Below are positions 10,656 through 21,046 of a stretch of 59,826 bases of DNA, piece after piece; position 1 is the stretch's first letter; every line of letters starts with the position of its first letter. The position numbers and the translations under genes are program-made. Origin of the DNA: Chloroflexota bacterium (GTDB lineage: Bacteria; Chloroflexota; Chloroflexia; QHBQ01); NCBI GenBank assembly GCA_025355955.1, contig JANXYP010000006.1, forward strand, positions 1 to 59,826. Reading direction: 5' to 3'. The notes under the pieces were generated by a model, which saw only the letters and a program-made list of their open reading frames with translations, searched no databases and had not been told where the DNA came from.

Positions 10656-11585
10656 CTAACCCGTGCGGGTGGCGCGTGCGCCGAACAGGCCGTTGGGGCG
10701 CACCAGCAGCATCAGGAAGAGGACGATGAAGGCAACCGCATCGCTCCAGTTGCTGCCGCCCAGCGCGATGCTGAGTACCTCGGCCAGACCGATGATGAAG
10801 CCGCCCACCACCGAGCCGACTATGCTGCCCATGCCGCCCAGGATGATGGCGGCTAGCCCCTTTAGTTCGACCGCGTTGCCCATATCGGAGGTGAGGGTGT
10901 TATAGGTGAGCGCATACAGCACGCCCGCCACCCCACCTAGCGCCGAGGCGATGAAGAAGGTTTTGGCGAACACCGCCTCGATGTTGATGCCCAGCAGGGC
11001 GGAGGCTTTGGGCGACTCGGCTACCGCCCGCATCTCGCGGCCCAGGCGAGTGCGGCGCAGCATATATTGCAGCCCAAACATCAGTAGCAGAGCGACAACC
11101 AGCACCAGCAGTTTGATCGGCGGTAGGCTCAACATCGTGCCAAAGTTGAGATTGCCGCTGGGGATGCTGCCCGCCGGAAAGTGGTGCAGGTCGGCTCCGA
11201 TGATGCGGCTATCGGCATCTGCGCCCAGGGTAGGCAGCAACACCACCATGCCCTCGAAGATGGTTGCCATCGCAATGCTGCTGATCAGGGCGGAGAGGTG
11301 CGGCGCGTGCTGCTGGCGTAGTCGCCAGAAGGCGACCCGATCCAGCAGCACGCCGAGCAAGCCGCCGACGATGCTAGCAATGATTAGCGCGACGACGAAG
11401 TTAAGCCCCAGCCCGGCGATCAGATACCAGGCGGCTACCGCCGTCATCATAAAGATGGCAGCATGGGCCAGGTTGAGGATATCCAGCACGCCGAAGATCA
11501 AGGTGTAGCCGAGGGCGAACAGCGCGTAGATGCTGCCCTGGAAGATACCGTTGGCGAGCTGCTGTGGGAGCGTTTGCCAGTTCAT
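10656..11585 (-). CDS. livH: Branched-chain amino acid ABC permease
   Basis: QQLANGI..GSIYALFALGYTLIFGVL.ILNLAH; start reset to MNWQTL. Confidence 0.92.
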   Translation of the reverse strand: MNWQTLPQQLANGIFQGSIYALFALGYTLIFGVLDILNLAHAAIFMMTAVAAWYLIAGLGLNFVVALIIASIVGGLLGVLLDRVAFWRLRQQHAPHLSALISSIAMATIFEGMVVLLPTLGADADSRIIGADLHHFPAGSIPSGNLNFGTMLSLPPIKLLVLVVALLLMFGLQYMLRRTRLGREMRAVAESPKASALLGINIEAVFAKTFFIASALGGVAGVLYALTYNTLTSDMGNAVELKGLAAIILGGMGSIVGSVVGGFIIGLAEVLSIALGGSNWSDAVAFIVLFLMLLVRPNGLFGARATRTG

Positions 11586-11829
11586 AGTTTTGGAATGTAG
11601 GAGGTAGAATGTAGAAGGTAGTAAGTGAGTTGAAGATTGAGATACAAGGTATGAGTACCAGATAAACAATGTTCTGATGACTCCCCTCCCGCCGGGAGGG
11701 GTTGGGGTGGGACCGTGCAGCGCTACCCGCACCCTCCCCTACCCCTCCCGATGGAAGGGGAAACTTCACCCCACCATCAAAACTTCGTTTATGCGGTACT
11801 CATGCCTCATGCCTCGTGCCTCATGCCTT

Positions 11830-13116
11830 CTATTGCACCACCACGAACTTGCCGCCCTGCACCATCTGCACTACGGGGGTGTGGTTGGCATCGCGGGTGG
11901 GCAGGAAGGTGAAGTCGCCGAGCGGCACGGTAATCTTGGTGGTCTTTAGCGCGTCGCGCACATCCGCGCCGCTCATGCTCTTGGCCCGCTTCAGCGCGTC
12001 GGCGAGGATGTAGACTCCGCTATAAGCCTGCGCTGCAAACTGGTCGGGAGCATTGCCGTACTTGGCGGTGAAGTTCTTGACGAAATCCTGGCTCGCCTGG
12101 TTGCCGCCCGCCGAGTTCCAGGCGGCACCGACGTACACACCTTCGGCCTGCTGCCCCAGGTCGGACATCAGCTTGGCCGAGTTGAAGCCGTTGCCACCAA
12201 TGATCGGCACGGTCATACCCTGGTTGCGGGCTTCCTTGATCATACCTTCGCCTTCCGGTAGCAGCGCCGAGGCAACGATTGCGTCAGGGTTGCTACCTTT
12301 AATCGCGGTGATCTGGGCGCTGAAGTTGATGTTGCCCTTCTGGAAGGTTTGCTCGGTGGTGATGGTGATGCCATTGGCGGCCAGCGCTTGCTTGAACACA
12401 CTGTAACCCGCCTTGGTGAAAGCATCGTCGTTACCGTAAATCAGCGCGACCTTGCTGATGTTCAGCTTGGCCTTCGCCACCTTGATGGTGTTGGGGATAA
12501 CCTGGGCCTCGGACAGCGAGTCGCGGTAGATGTAATCGCCAATGTCCACGATGCCGCCCGCCGTGTTGCTGACTGCTAGCACCGGGATCTGCGCTTGCTG
12601 CGCCAGGGGGTCGGCGGTCGCCGCCGAGTTGCTCAGGGTTGGCCCGATGATGGCGATCACCTTGTCGTTGATGAACTTCTGGTAGACGGTAGCCGCCTGC
12701 TTCGGATTGCTGGCATCATCCTGAATGTCAATGGTGATCTGCTTGCCGTTGATACCGCCCGCCGCGTTGATCTCGTCCATCGCCATCTTGATCGCCTTGC
12801 TCTGGCTATCGCCGTAGACTTTGGCCGTCTTGCTCTGGCTGAGGGCCGCGCCCAGCATCACCGTATTCGCCATGTTGTCGCCGCCCATGCTGGCGGTGTT
12901 GGTCATCGCCGTGCCGCCGCCCATGCTGGCGGTGTTGGTCATCACCATACTGCTGCCCGCAGTGGTGGGACTGGCAGTCACGGCGTTGCTGCCTGCTGCG
13001 GGGGTGGCCGTCGGTGCGGTGCTACTGGCGGTGCCGCCCAGATCGCAGGCCGAAAGCGCCAGCGCCACCAGCGCGACCAGCGCCAGCCTTGAGCCAAACT
13101 TCTTATTACTCGACAT
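11830..13116 (-). CDS. livK: Branched-chain amino acid ABC substrate-binding lipoprotein
   Basis: Lipobox LSAC, INAAGGINGKQI, IIGPTLS, PDQFAAQAY; duplicated MTNTASMGG in the N-terminal linker. Confidence 0.88.
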   Translation of the reverse strand: MSSNKKFGSRLALVALVALALSACDLGGTASSTAPTATPAAGSNAVTASPTTAGSSMVMTNTASMGGGTAMTNTASMGGDNMANTVMLGAALSQSKTAKVYGDSQSKAIKMAMDEINAAGGINGKQITIDIQDDASNPKQAATVYQKFINDKVIAIIGPTLSNSAATADPLAQQAQIPVLAVSNTAGGIVDIGDYIYRDSLSEAQVIPNTIKVAKAKLNISKVALIYGNDDAFTKAGYSVFKQALAANGITITTEQTFQKGNINFSAQITAIKGSNPDAIVASALLPEGEGMIKEARNQGMTVPIIGGNGFNSAKLMSDLGQQAEGVYVGAAWNSAGGNQASQDFVKNFTAKYGNAPDQFAAQAYSGVYILADALKRAKSMSGADVRDALKTTKITVPLGDFTFLPTRDANHTPVVQMVQGGKFVVVQ

Positions 13117-13250
13117 ACTGACTTTCCTCCGTTTCTTTACTGTGCCGCTGTTTGCTGGAGCCATGCTGCTCTCAGCGTAGTTTCCAGGGGCGCGGTGTCT
13201 ATCATTATAGGGCATAAGCAGGTGGCGTGCAACCGCCGGGGTGCAGTTAG

Positions 13251-13351
13251 CATTACAGCCTCAGTTGGCATTAACGCGCCAGATTGTTGTAGGGGCGAAT
13301 CGCATACGCCCTGCCACCCCTGTCAAAGCCAATCGTAACTTCGCTGTAATA
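13251..13351. mobile_element. MITE family M2 (internally deleted), TTAG duplication
   Basis: CATTACAGCCTCAGTTG...GCTGTAATA flanked by TTAG; central GTAGGGGCGAATCGCATACGCCC. Confidence 0.7.
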
Positions 13352-13354
13352 TTA

Positions 13355-13445
13355 GGTTGTGCGTCACATTATTGCAGAGCAAGCGTTCAGTAGGGGCGAA
13401 CCGTTGTTTGCCCTGGTTGGGGATGTAAAAAACGTGACGCGCACC
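13355..13445. mobile_element. MITE family M1
   Basis: GTGCGTCAC...GTGACGCGCACC ends, central REP. Confidence 0.7.
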
Positions 13446-13729
13446 TGCTTCAGCCCATTAAATTGCCCAACCGCACCAATGTAATGTGGCTGGACGAGCC
13501 GAGCCGCCACAAGCGCATTAACCTCAGCCCCAGCGGGGGTTGGGGAGAATCTCGCCTGCTGCTAATGCGTGGGGTAAGCAGGATTAGCTAACGTGCTTAC
13601 CCCGGCATCTTGCGCTTCAAGATTCTGCCCCGACCACCGCTGGGGGCTTAGTTGATCAGGCTTGGCGACGACTCGTGCTACGCACAATCGAACAGCTTTT
13701 CAGACACTTACGCATCGCTTCGTCCTCAC

Positions 13730-16651
13730 CTAGTGACAGGCAAGTGACACATCGTCGACGTACATATAGGTGGGGTCGCCCGCGTAGCCATCGTCGTGCG
13801 CCAGGAACTTGATCCGCACGGTCTGCCCAGCGTAGGCGCTCATGTTGAAGCTGACGTTGGTCCAAGCCTGGGCGTTGGAGTCGACGTGCATGATGGTGGC
13901 AAGGGTAGTGCCGCTGGTGTTCTGCACGTAGGCATCCTGCCAGTCGTACTGGATGGTGTCCAGAGTCGAGGGCCAGTACCAGAACGACAGCGTGCTAGCG
14001 CCGGTTGGGATGGTGATAGTTTGATAGAGCGAGCTATCACCTGCCGGTGAAGTCGATCCCACCAGCGCAGAGTAGCTGCCGCTGTGGTGCTGGGTGGTGC
14101 TGGCCGTCGGCGACGGATTGGTGCCGTCTACCGTCCACGAGCTAAGATTGCCGCTCTCGAAGCCGGGGTTCTGGAATGGGTTGCTGCAAGTTCCTGGTGT
14201 ATTAGTCGGGGTAGGCGGCACTGGTGTATTGGTCGGGGTAGCTGTCTTGGTCGGCGTGTTGGTTGGCCCCGGCGTTGAGCAGGAACTTGCAAGCGATACA
14301 TCGTCGAGGTACATATAGGTGGGGTCGCCCGCGTAGCCATCGTCGTGGGCCAGGAACTTGATCCGCACGGTCTGTCCAGCGTAGGCGCTCATGTTGAAGC
14401 TGACGTTGGTCCAAGCCTGAGCATTGGAGTCGATGTGCATGATGGTGGCAAGGGTGGTGCCGCTGGTGTTCTGCACGTAGGCATCCTGCCAGTCGTAGGT
14501 GATGGTGTCGAGGGTCGAAGGCCAGTACCAGTAGCTGAGAGTGCCGCCACTCGCTGGCACGGTGATGGTCTGATATAGCGAGCTATCACCACCTGAAGTG
14601 AGCGAACCCACCAGCGCGGAGAAGCTGCCGCTGTGATGCTGGGCGGTGCTGGCAGTCGGCGAGGGGCTGGTGCCATCTATCGTCCACGAGCTAAGGTTGC
14701 CGCTCTCGAAGCCAGGGTTCTGGAAGAGATTGCCACCGCAGCCGCCAGGGGTGGGCGTGTTGGTGGGTGTGTTGGTCGGGGTGTTGGTTGCGCCAGGGAG
14801 CGGGGTATTGGTGGGGGTATTGGTTGGGGTATTGGTAGGAGTGTTGGTTGGCGTATTGGTCGGCCCACTGGTGGTTACGTTGAGGAATACGGCGGAGACA
14901 GTACCCCAACTCTGGAAGCCACTATAGCTGTTCACCCCACGCCCACGCACGAAGATGATGTGGCGACCGGCGCTCAACGCCCCAGTCGGCACACTGGCGC
15001 TAGCCGATACCGTCTGCGAGGTGAACGAACCGTTCATCGGCACGGCGATGCCGCCCGCCCAGGGCGGGGTGTCGACATAGTATTCGGCTGCGCCGACGTT
15101 TTGGGCGTAGCTGTTGCTGGTCCAGGCGTAGTTGAGGCTGGCGCTGAGGCTGGCGGGTGTACCCTGGGCCACGCTGGTTGGCGAGACGTTGACGTTGTTG
15201 CTGTCGGGGCCGCGATTAGTCAGGTAGGGGGTGCGGGCCAGCTTTGCCAGGTAGAGCAGCATTCCCTGGTTCTGCGGCCAGATGGTGCCATTGGTGAAGG
15301 AGAAGGCCGGGAAGAAGCCGCCACCGTCGTCGCTCAACTCGGTGGTGAAGGCTACCGCGCCCAGTTCGCCATAAGCCCAGTCAACCGAGGTGCCATCGGT
15401 GGCATAGAGGTTGATCGATTGCTCCGAGGTATAGCCATTGCCTGGTGGGTTGGCATTGGTAGCGCTCATATGGCTGCCAATGTTCGCCAGGTCGGTGCCG
15501 TTGGGTGCGGCGTTGCCTACCCCACCCCAGGCGTACAGGTTCAGTTGAGCATAGGAGTGCATCCCCATCACCACACCAGTCGCCGTAATCGGGGCGGCGT
15601 TCACCGTGTTCTCGGTAGTGCCGGGGCCGTTCTGATCGGGGATTAGGCTACGTATCTTGCTGGTTACGGCTTGAACCTCCACCTCGTTGGGGTTGGGGCC
15701 ACGATAGGTTTGGTCGCAGGTGTTGCTGCTAGAACCGCCATGTGCGCCCCATTGGAACGGGTAGTTGCGGTTAAGGTCAATGCCGAATTGGCTACTGACG
15801 CTGGGCGGCCAGTTGTTGCAGCCGTTGGTGTAGTTGGCATTCTTGCGCTGGTAGTAGGGGCTACTGCCGCCCGACTCGACAATATGGTGGCCGTCGGGGT
15901 TGAACATCGGCATTACCCAGATATCGTGATAATCCACCAGCCAGTGAGCATCGGCGTTGGTGTTGTAGCTATCCAGCAGGTAGCTGATGAAGTGCATTGC
16001 CACCTCTGGTGTAGCGATCTCGCGGGAGTGGATACCAGCATCGTACCAGAACACCGGCTTGGGGCCGGGGACACTGCGGTTGGTAATATGCAGCGCCCAG
16101 AGGGTGTAGCCATTATTGGCATCGGGCTGAGTGCAACTGCCCGCGTTGACCTTGCACCAGGATGAGCCGACGTTTATCTTCTCCACCAGGCTTGGGTAGG
16201 CGGCCACGTACTGATCGAGGAATGATTGCATCTCTTCAACGGTGTGATAGCCGCCAAAGAAGCTATCGGGGCTGGCCTGGCCGAATAGGTTGGGGTTGTT
16301 GGCCTGTTTGGTGGTCTTCTCATTTATCGCCACCTTCAGGCCTTTCGCCAGCATTCGGTTGTACGTCGCCTGGTCGGTCCAGACTGTGATGAAACCCTTG
16401 GAGGTGTCCACCTCGTCCGCGCCCCATTCGGTGGCAAGGCGGTCGCGCTCGGCCTGATTCTTGAAGTATATCTGCACCACCAGCACTTCGGGTCGCGGTG
16501 CGGGAATCGTCACCCCGCTGCTGCCTGCGCCCGCCGCTTTGACTGCGCTGCTACCCACTGTCGGGTTGATGAGACTGAGCAGCCCCAGGTTGAAGACCAC
16601 CAGGAGCAACACTACCGCGATCTGGCGGAACCGCCTGTTTGTCCGTTTCAT
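13730..16651 (-). CDS. Secreted M14 zinc carboxypeptidase (carboxypeptidase T-like) with two duplicated CBM4/9-like domains
   Basis: AGIHSRE, NPDG, RKN, GIDLNRNY, MHSY, DWAYG..FTTE; two NPGFESGNLSSW domains separated by PT linkers. Confidence 0.9.
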   Translation of the reverse strand: MKRTNRRFRQIAVVLLLVVFNLGLLSLINPTVGSSAVKAAGAGSSGVTIPAPRPEVLVVQIYFKNQAERDRLATEWGADEVDTSKGFITVWTDQATYNRMLAKGLKVAINEKTTKQANNPNLFGQASPDSFFGGYHTVEEMQSFLDQYVAAYPSLVEKINVGSSWCKVNAGSCTQPDANNGYTLWALHITNRSVPGPKPVFWYDAGIHSREIATPEVAMHFISYLLDSYNTNADAHWLVDYHDIWVMPMFNPDGHHIVESGGSSPYYQRKNANYTNGCNNWPPSVSSQFGIDLNRNYPFQWGAHGGSSSNTCDQTYRGPNPNEVEVQAVTSKIRSLIPDQNGPGTTENTVNAAPITATGVVMGMHSYAQLNLYAWGGVGNAAPNGTDLANIGSHMSATNANPPGNGYTSEQSINLYATDGTSVDWAYGELGAVAFTTELSDDGGGFFPAFSFTNGTIWPQNQGMLLYLAKLARTPYLTNRGPDSNNVNVSPTSVAQGTPASLSASLNYAWTSNSYAQNVGAAEYYVDTPPWAGGIAVPMNGSFTSQTVSASASVPTGALSAGRHIIFVRGRGVNSYSGFQSWGTVSAVFLNVTTSGPTNTPTNTPTNTPTNTPTNTPLPGATNTPTNTPTNTPTPGGCGGNLFQNPGFESGNLSSWTIDGTSPSPTASTAQHHSGSFSALVGSLTSGGDSSLYQTITVPASGGTLSYWYWPSTLDTITYDWQDAYVQNTSGTTLATIMHIDSNAQAWTNVSFNMSAYAGQTVRIKFLAHDDGYAGDPTYMYLDDVSLASSCSTPGPTNTPTKTATPTNTPVPPTPTNTPGTCSNPFQNPGFESGNLSSWTVDGTNPSPTASTTQHHSGSYSALVGSTSPAGDSSLYQTITIPTGASTLSFWYWPSTLDTIQYDWQDAYVQNTSGTTLATIMHVDSNAQAWTNVSFNMSAYAGQTVRIKFLAHDDGYAGDPTYMYVDDVSLACH

Positions 16652-16853
16652 CCTGCTTTCCCTTTCTGATGTCCACCACTAAACACAAATTGACGCTGCC
16701 GTATGGGTCAGCGTCAAGCGCAGGGAGAGTGGCTGAAGGTGTGGAAAAAGGGGCAGGGGCGGTTCAGGACTTTCCCGCTGCGACGACGCTGTCGCAAGGC
16801 CCACCGAGTATAGCAGCAAGATCTGAATAATGCAACTTGCCATTAACCTCCGA

Positions 16854-16939
16854 GTGTGGGTCACGGTTTTGCATACCCGATCAGCGCGAACAACAGTTCG
16901 CCCCTACAGATGCCTGCTCTGCAAGAACATGACGCACAC
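16854..16939. mobile_element. MITE family M1
   Basis: GTGTGGGTCACGGTTTTGC...GCAAGAACATGACGCACAC, central REP. Confidence 0.7.
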
Positions 16940-16959
16940 TGCGAACCCCATTTGTTGCT

Positions 16960-18918
16960 CTACCGAGGTGAAGCTGGGATGACCGCCGCATAGACAATCT
17001 CAGCCATCTCGTCGCGGCGCACTTCGGCGTTGGGGTGGAAGCTGTGGTCGGGATAGCCAGCGATGATGCCCATGTGGTAGGCAGTCTCGATGCTGGTATA
17101 GAACACGTTGCTGGGCGGCACATCGGTGAAGCTCGGCCCGCTAGCAGGTGTGGATAGCGGATAGTGCGCGGCGGCGACGACCAGCTTGGTAAGCTGCCCG
17201 CGAGTGATCGACACGTTCGGCAGGTAGCAAGGCCAGATCGCACCCGCCACCGCGCAACTGGCGGGGTCGAAACCGCTGAGGATGCCCTGCAAGTAACCGC
17301 TCTCGATGTACAGGTAGGCAAAGTAGGTGGGCGGCACGTCAGTGAACGTCTGGCTCCCTTGCGGCGTACTCAGTGGCAGGCCGAAGCCCAGCACGATAAT
17401 CTTGGCGAATTGTCCGCGAGTTGCGCTGCCCGCGGGCGCAAAATGGATGGCATCGCTACCGCTGATTACCCCCTGACAATACAATTTATGGATGGCTGCG
17501 TAGAAGGCGTTGCCACTGATGTCTACGAACGGATTAGCGCAATCGGTTGGGGTAGGCGCGGGCGGCGTGGCCGTGTCGACCGGAGTTGGGGTAAGGGTTG
17601 GGGTCGGAAGCAAGCTGGTATTGACCTCGCGTTCCTCTGCCGGATAGCCAGCCCGCCCATCGCTGGTGCCGACCACGGTTATAAAGTAGTCGCCAGCAGT
17701 GGGCGGGGTGAAGGTATAGCTCTCTACGCCGCTGACATCGAGGGTTGCAGTATAAAACTGGCTGGCTACGCCATAATCCAACTGATACGACTGGGCATCA
17801 GTCACGACATCGTGCCAGCTAACGCTGATGCTGCCGTTGGGGTTGCCCTGCGCGGCGAAGTTGGCGGGGGTGTTGCCCACCGTAATCGCCGGGTTGTCGG
17901 CTCTGGGGGTAAAGTGGATAAGGTCGGGGCTGGTGGCAATCCCGATCATACCGAAATCGGCGTTCTGGCCGGGGATGCCATTGTAGTACATCTTATAGCT
18001 ACCATCGTCGGCGCGCCGCACGAACGCGCCATATACCAGCCCCGCATCCCAGCCGTTGCTGGTGGAAGGGCTGAGGATGGGGTCGCTAGAGTAGGGGGTG
18101 AAATGGATGCCATCCTGGCTGGTGGTGAGATAGATGCCGTTGTTGGTATGATAATAAAGGTAGGTGGTGCCGCTCTCGGTGATGGCGAAGCTGGTGTAGA
18201 TGCCGTTCGTATCGGTGACAATCGGGTTGCCCGCGTAGCGCTGCCAGGCGAGGCCATCACTGCTATAGGCCAGGCCGATCGCTGAGTCGTCACTGCCGAA
18301 GCCGTTGTAGTACATCATATACAGGCGCGAGGTAGCGCTAGCTAGCTTGAGCGCCTGCAGCGCTTGCACACTGGGGTTGACCACCTCGACAATCGAAGGA
18401 CGCACCACCTCCACGTTGTCCCAGTAGTTGCCAATCTCATAGGAGAGGACGGGCTGCTGCTGGGCGGTGAAGTTGATGCCATCGATGCTGGTGGCATAGC
18501 CAATCTGGTACGGTACGTTGCCTCCATAGTAGAGCTTGAACAGGCCATCCTCGTAGAACACGAAAGGGAAGGCGCGTTGGTCGGCCCAACCATCGTTAAT
18601 GTGGATTGGCCCCTGCTTGTTGAAGTGGACGCCATCGCTGCTGGTGGCAAGGTAAATCTGCCAGGTGCAACCGAAGCCACTGTAATAAGCATAATAGATA
18701 CCGTTCACCTCGACCATGCCCGGATACTCGCTATGGATGCTGTCACAATAATCGGCGGGCAGAGGGTTGGCTTTGACGGGCGGGGTGACTGGCGAGAAGA
18801 TATGATCGGGAGGCTGGCTGATTTGGCTTATCAGTCTGGCTGGAGCAGCGGGGGCAGCGAACAAAGAGGTGAGTACCAAAAGCAGAATGCTGAATGCCAA
18901 AAAATAGGTTGATTTCAC
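16960..18918 (-). CDS. Secreted 5-bladed beta-propeller glycosidase-like protein (GH43/32/130 type) with FN3 and SLH domains
   Basis: Repeated YMMYYNG..IGLAYSSDGL.W / IGIATSPDL blades, signal peptide, SLH tail. Confidence 0.78.
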   Translation of the reverse strand: MKSTYFLAFSILLLVLTSLFAAPAAPARLISQISQPPDHIFSPVTPPVKANPLPADYCDSIHSEYPGMVEVNGIYYAYYSGFGCTWQIYLATSSDGVHFNKQGPIHINDGWADQRAFPFVFYEDGLFKLYYGGNVPYQIGYATSIDGINFTAQQQPVLSYEIGNYWDNVEVVRPSIVEVVNPSVQALQALKLASATSRLYMMYYNGFGSDDSAIGLAYSSDGLAWQRYAGNPIVTDTNGIYTSFAITESGTTYLYYHTNNGIYLTTSQDGIHFTPYSSDPILSPSTSNGWDAGLVYGAFVRRADDGSYKMYYNGIPGQNADFGMIGIATSPDLIHFTPRADNPAITVGNTPANFAAQGNPNGSISVSWHDVVTDAQSYQLDYGVASQFYTATLDVSGVESYTFTPPTAGDYFITVVGTSDGRAGYPAEEREVNTSLLPTPTLTPTPVDTATPPAPTPTDCANPFVDISGNAFYAAIHKLYCQGVISGSDAIHFAPAGSATRGQFAKIIVLGFGLPLSTPQGSQTFTDVPPTYFAYLYIESGYLQGILSGFDPASCAVAGAIWPCYLPNVSITRGQLTKLVVAAAHYPLSTPASGPSFTDVPPSNVFYTSIETAYHMGIIAGYPDHSFHPNAEVRRDEMAEIVYAAVIPASPR

Positions 18919-19133
18919 TTGGGTGGTCTCCTTTGAGCTAGTTGAGCTTAACTATAGCGGGGTCATGTAAAATGCTTGCAACAAATGGGTAAGAAGCAGG
19001 TAAAATGATCGCAATTGCGGCAGTCAGTGTGCCTGCTACGCCAGGGTTGGATCATGCGTAAGCCTGAGCTTGCAGCATCATGCTATAATAGGCTTGAAGT
19101 ATTGAGAATCTGGAAGCAGATAGGAGGCGTGCA

Positions 19134-20906
19134 ATGACTAGACTGGCACAGTGGATGGATAGGGCAATAGAGGGGCTATGGCTAGCGGCGCTGGTGTATA
19201 CGCCACTGTTCTTCAACGTCTACAGCAGCCGCGTGTTCGAGCCGGACAAGGTGGCGCTGCTGCGTGCGATTGTCGCGCTTGCGGCAGTATGCTGGGCGAT
19301 CAAGACCCTGGAGCATCGTCGGGTGCCACAGGATGCGATAACCCAACCTGATGCTGAGGTGGATAGCGCGGGAGTAAAAGACGACCCCGCCAGCTACCAA
19401 AATGGGCAGGGCAAGGTGGGGGCGTGGTGGCGAGCGCCGCTGGTGCTGCCGCTGCTGCTGTATGCGGGTTGGTATCTGGTCAGCAGCCTCACCTCGGTGG
19501 ATGTCTACATCAGCATTTTCGGCTCGTACCAGCGGCAGGAGGGCTTCCTCACCCAGCTAGCCTACATCGTGCTGGGGCTGATCATCCTTTTCAATCTGCG
19601 GACCCGCGCTCAGGTGGAACGCATCATCACCTTCTGCGTGGCAACCGCCGCGCCTGCCGCTCTTTACGGTCTGATGCAGCACCAGGGCTGGGATCCGCTG
19701 CCCTGGGCGGGCGATGTAACAACTCGCGTGGCCGGACCAGCGGGCAACGCGACTGCATTTGGCAATTGGTTGGTGATGGTCGCGCCCCTCATCCTCTACC
19801 GCATCGTCACCGTCGCTACCTGGCTGCGCGATCCTGCCAACCGTGCCGAGCTCGACGACTACGATGGCCCGCGCATCGCGATCTATACCATCTCCATCGC
19901 CGCGCAGAGCTTCGTACTGTGGCTGGCGTTGGCGCTAATCGCATCCAATCAGCGGCCCGACTTTGGTCTCTGGTTCATCCTGCCTACTGGCATCCTCATC
20001 TTCTACGCGCTGACCTTCCTCTACGCCAACGCTAGGATGACTCATGCGCTTGCCACCACCGCGCTTGTTGCCCTGATCCTACTGTTCGCCCTTGTAGTGG
20101 CGATAATCTTCTACACCCAATCACGCGGGCCGTTGGTGGCGCTAGTTGTGGAAATGATGGTGTTTGCGCTGGCCGCCTTGTGGTTGCAGCGTAGTCGCGT
20201 CGGGTTGAGCCTGGCTGGCGTGGCGTGTGCTGCAGCGCTGCTCTTCCTGGTGGTGTTCAATCTGCCCAGTTCACCGCTGGCCTCACTGCGCGAGATGCCA
20301 TACGTTGGCAGGCTGGGCGTGCTTACCCAGTTCGACATTGGCAGCGGCAAAGTGCTGGCATCTGTCTGGCAAGGTACCGCCAATATGCTCATCTCTGACA
20401 CGACTCGCCTGGCGATCGGCTATGGGCCGGAGACCACGTACCTTACCTACAACCCCTACTACCCCGCTGGCCTACAGAACATCGAACTGCGGAACGCCAC
20501 CCCGGATATGAGTCACGACTGGATCCTTGATCAGCTTGCCTGGGGTGGTATCATCATGCTCGGCCTGCTGATACTACTCATCTTCGCCTTCTATTCGTTT
20601 ACCTGGCAGCAGGCTAAACGCGACGAGTGGCTGCCAAAGCAGTTGCTGCTTGTCGCGCTCGGTGTGGGGATAAGCGGTTACCTGGTCACCTTGCTGGTGT
20701 CGCACTTCACTGTCGCTACCTATACCTACTTCTTCGCCTATCTCGGCCTCGCGGTGGCGGTTGGCTACTTTGGGGCGATGCGGGCCAGCCCGCCGCTGGC
20801 AACTAAGTCAGCCGACGAATCACCAGCAGTAGAATCACGAAGCACATGGATAGGACGAAGGACACGGAGAAGTTGGAGCAGCGTTGCCAGTTACGATGAG
20901 CATTGA
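19134..20906 (+). CDS. O-antigen ligase (Wzy_C) family membrane protein
   Basis: Multiple TM segments, GSYQRQEG, AGNAT, TQSRGP, IGYGPET, HDWILD; extended -10 TGCTATAAT at 19081. Confidence 0.8.
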   Translation: MTRLAQWMDRAIEGLWLAALVYTPLFFNVYSSRVFEPDKVALLRAIVALAAVCWAIKTLEHRRVPQDAITQPDAEVDSAGVKDDPASYQNGQGKVGAWWRAPLVLPLLLYAGWYLVSSLTSVDVYISIFGSYQRQEGFLTQLAYIVLGLIILFNLRTRAQVERIITFCVATAAPAALYGLMQHQGWDPLPWAGDVTTRVAGPAGNATAFGNWLVMVAPLILYRIVTVATWLRDPANRAELDDYDGPRIAIYTISIAAQSFVLWLALALIASNQRPDFGLWFILPTGILIFYALTFLYANARMTHALATTALVALILLFALVVAIIFYTQSRGPLVALVVEMMVFALAALWLQRSRVGLSLAGVACAAALLFLVVFNLPSSPLASLREMPYVGRLGVLTQFDIGSGKVLASVWQGTANMLISDTTRLAIGYGPETTYLTYNPYYPAGLQNIELRNATPDMSHDWILDQLAWGGIIMLGLLILLIFAFYSFTWQQAKRDEWLPKQLLLVALGVGISGYLVTLLVSHFTVATYTYFFAYLGLAVAVGYFGAMRASPPLATKSADESPAVESRSTWIGRRTRRSWSSVASYDEH

Positions 20907-20958
20907 TGCGCTGCACTCGGGCGAGCGCCGCCCGCCCCTACATCAACATTATCGTCAT

Positions 20959-20998
20959 GAAGGAGCCGACGCTGCTTAGATGCAACGTCGGCCTTTTT
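20959..20998. terminator. Terminator between convergent genes
   Basis: GCCGACG...CGTCGGC followed by T run. Confidence 0.55.
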
Positions 20999-21046
20999 CC
21001 GCATCCTCCGCGATTCAAAGCACTGCCCCGTGTGCTTGGGCGGGCG

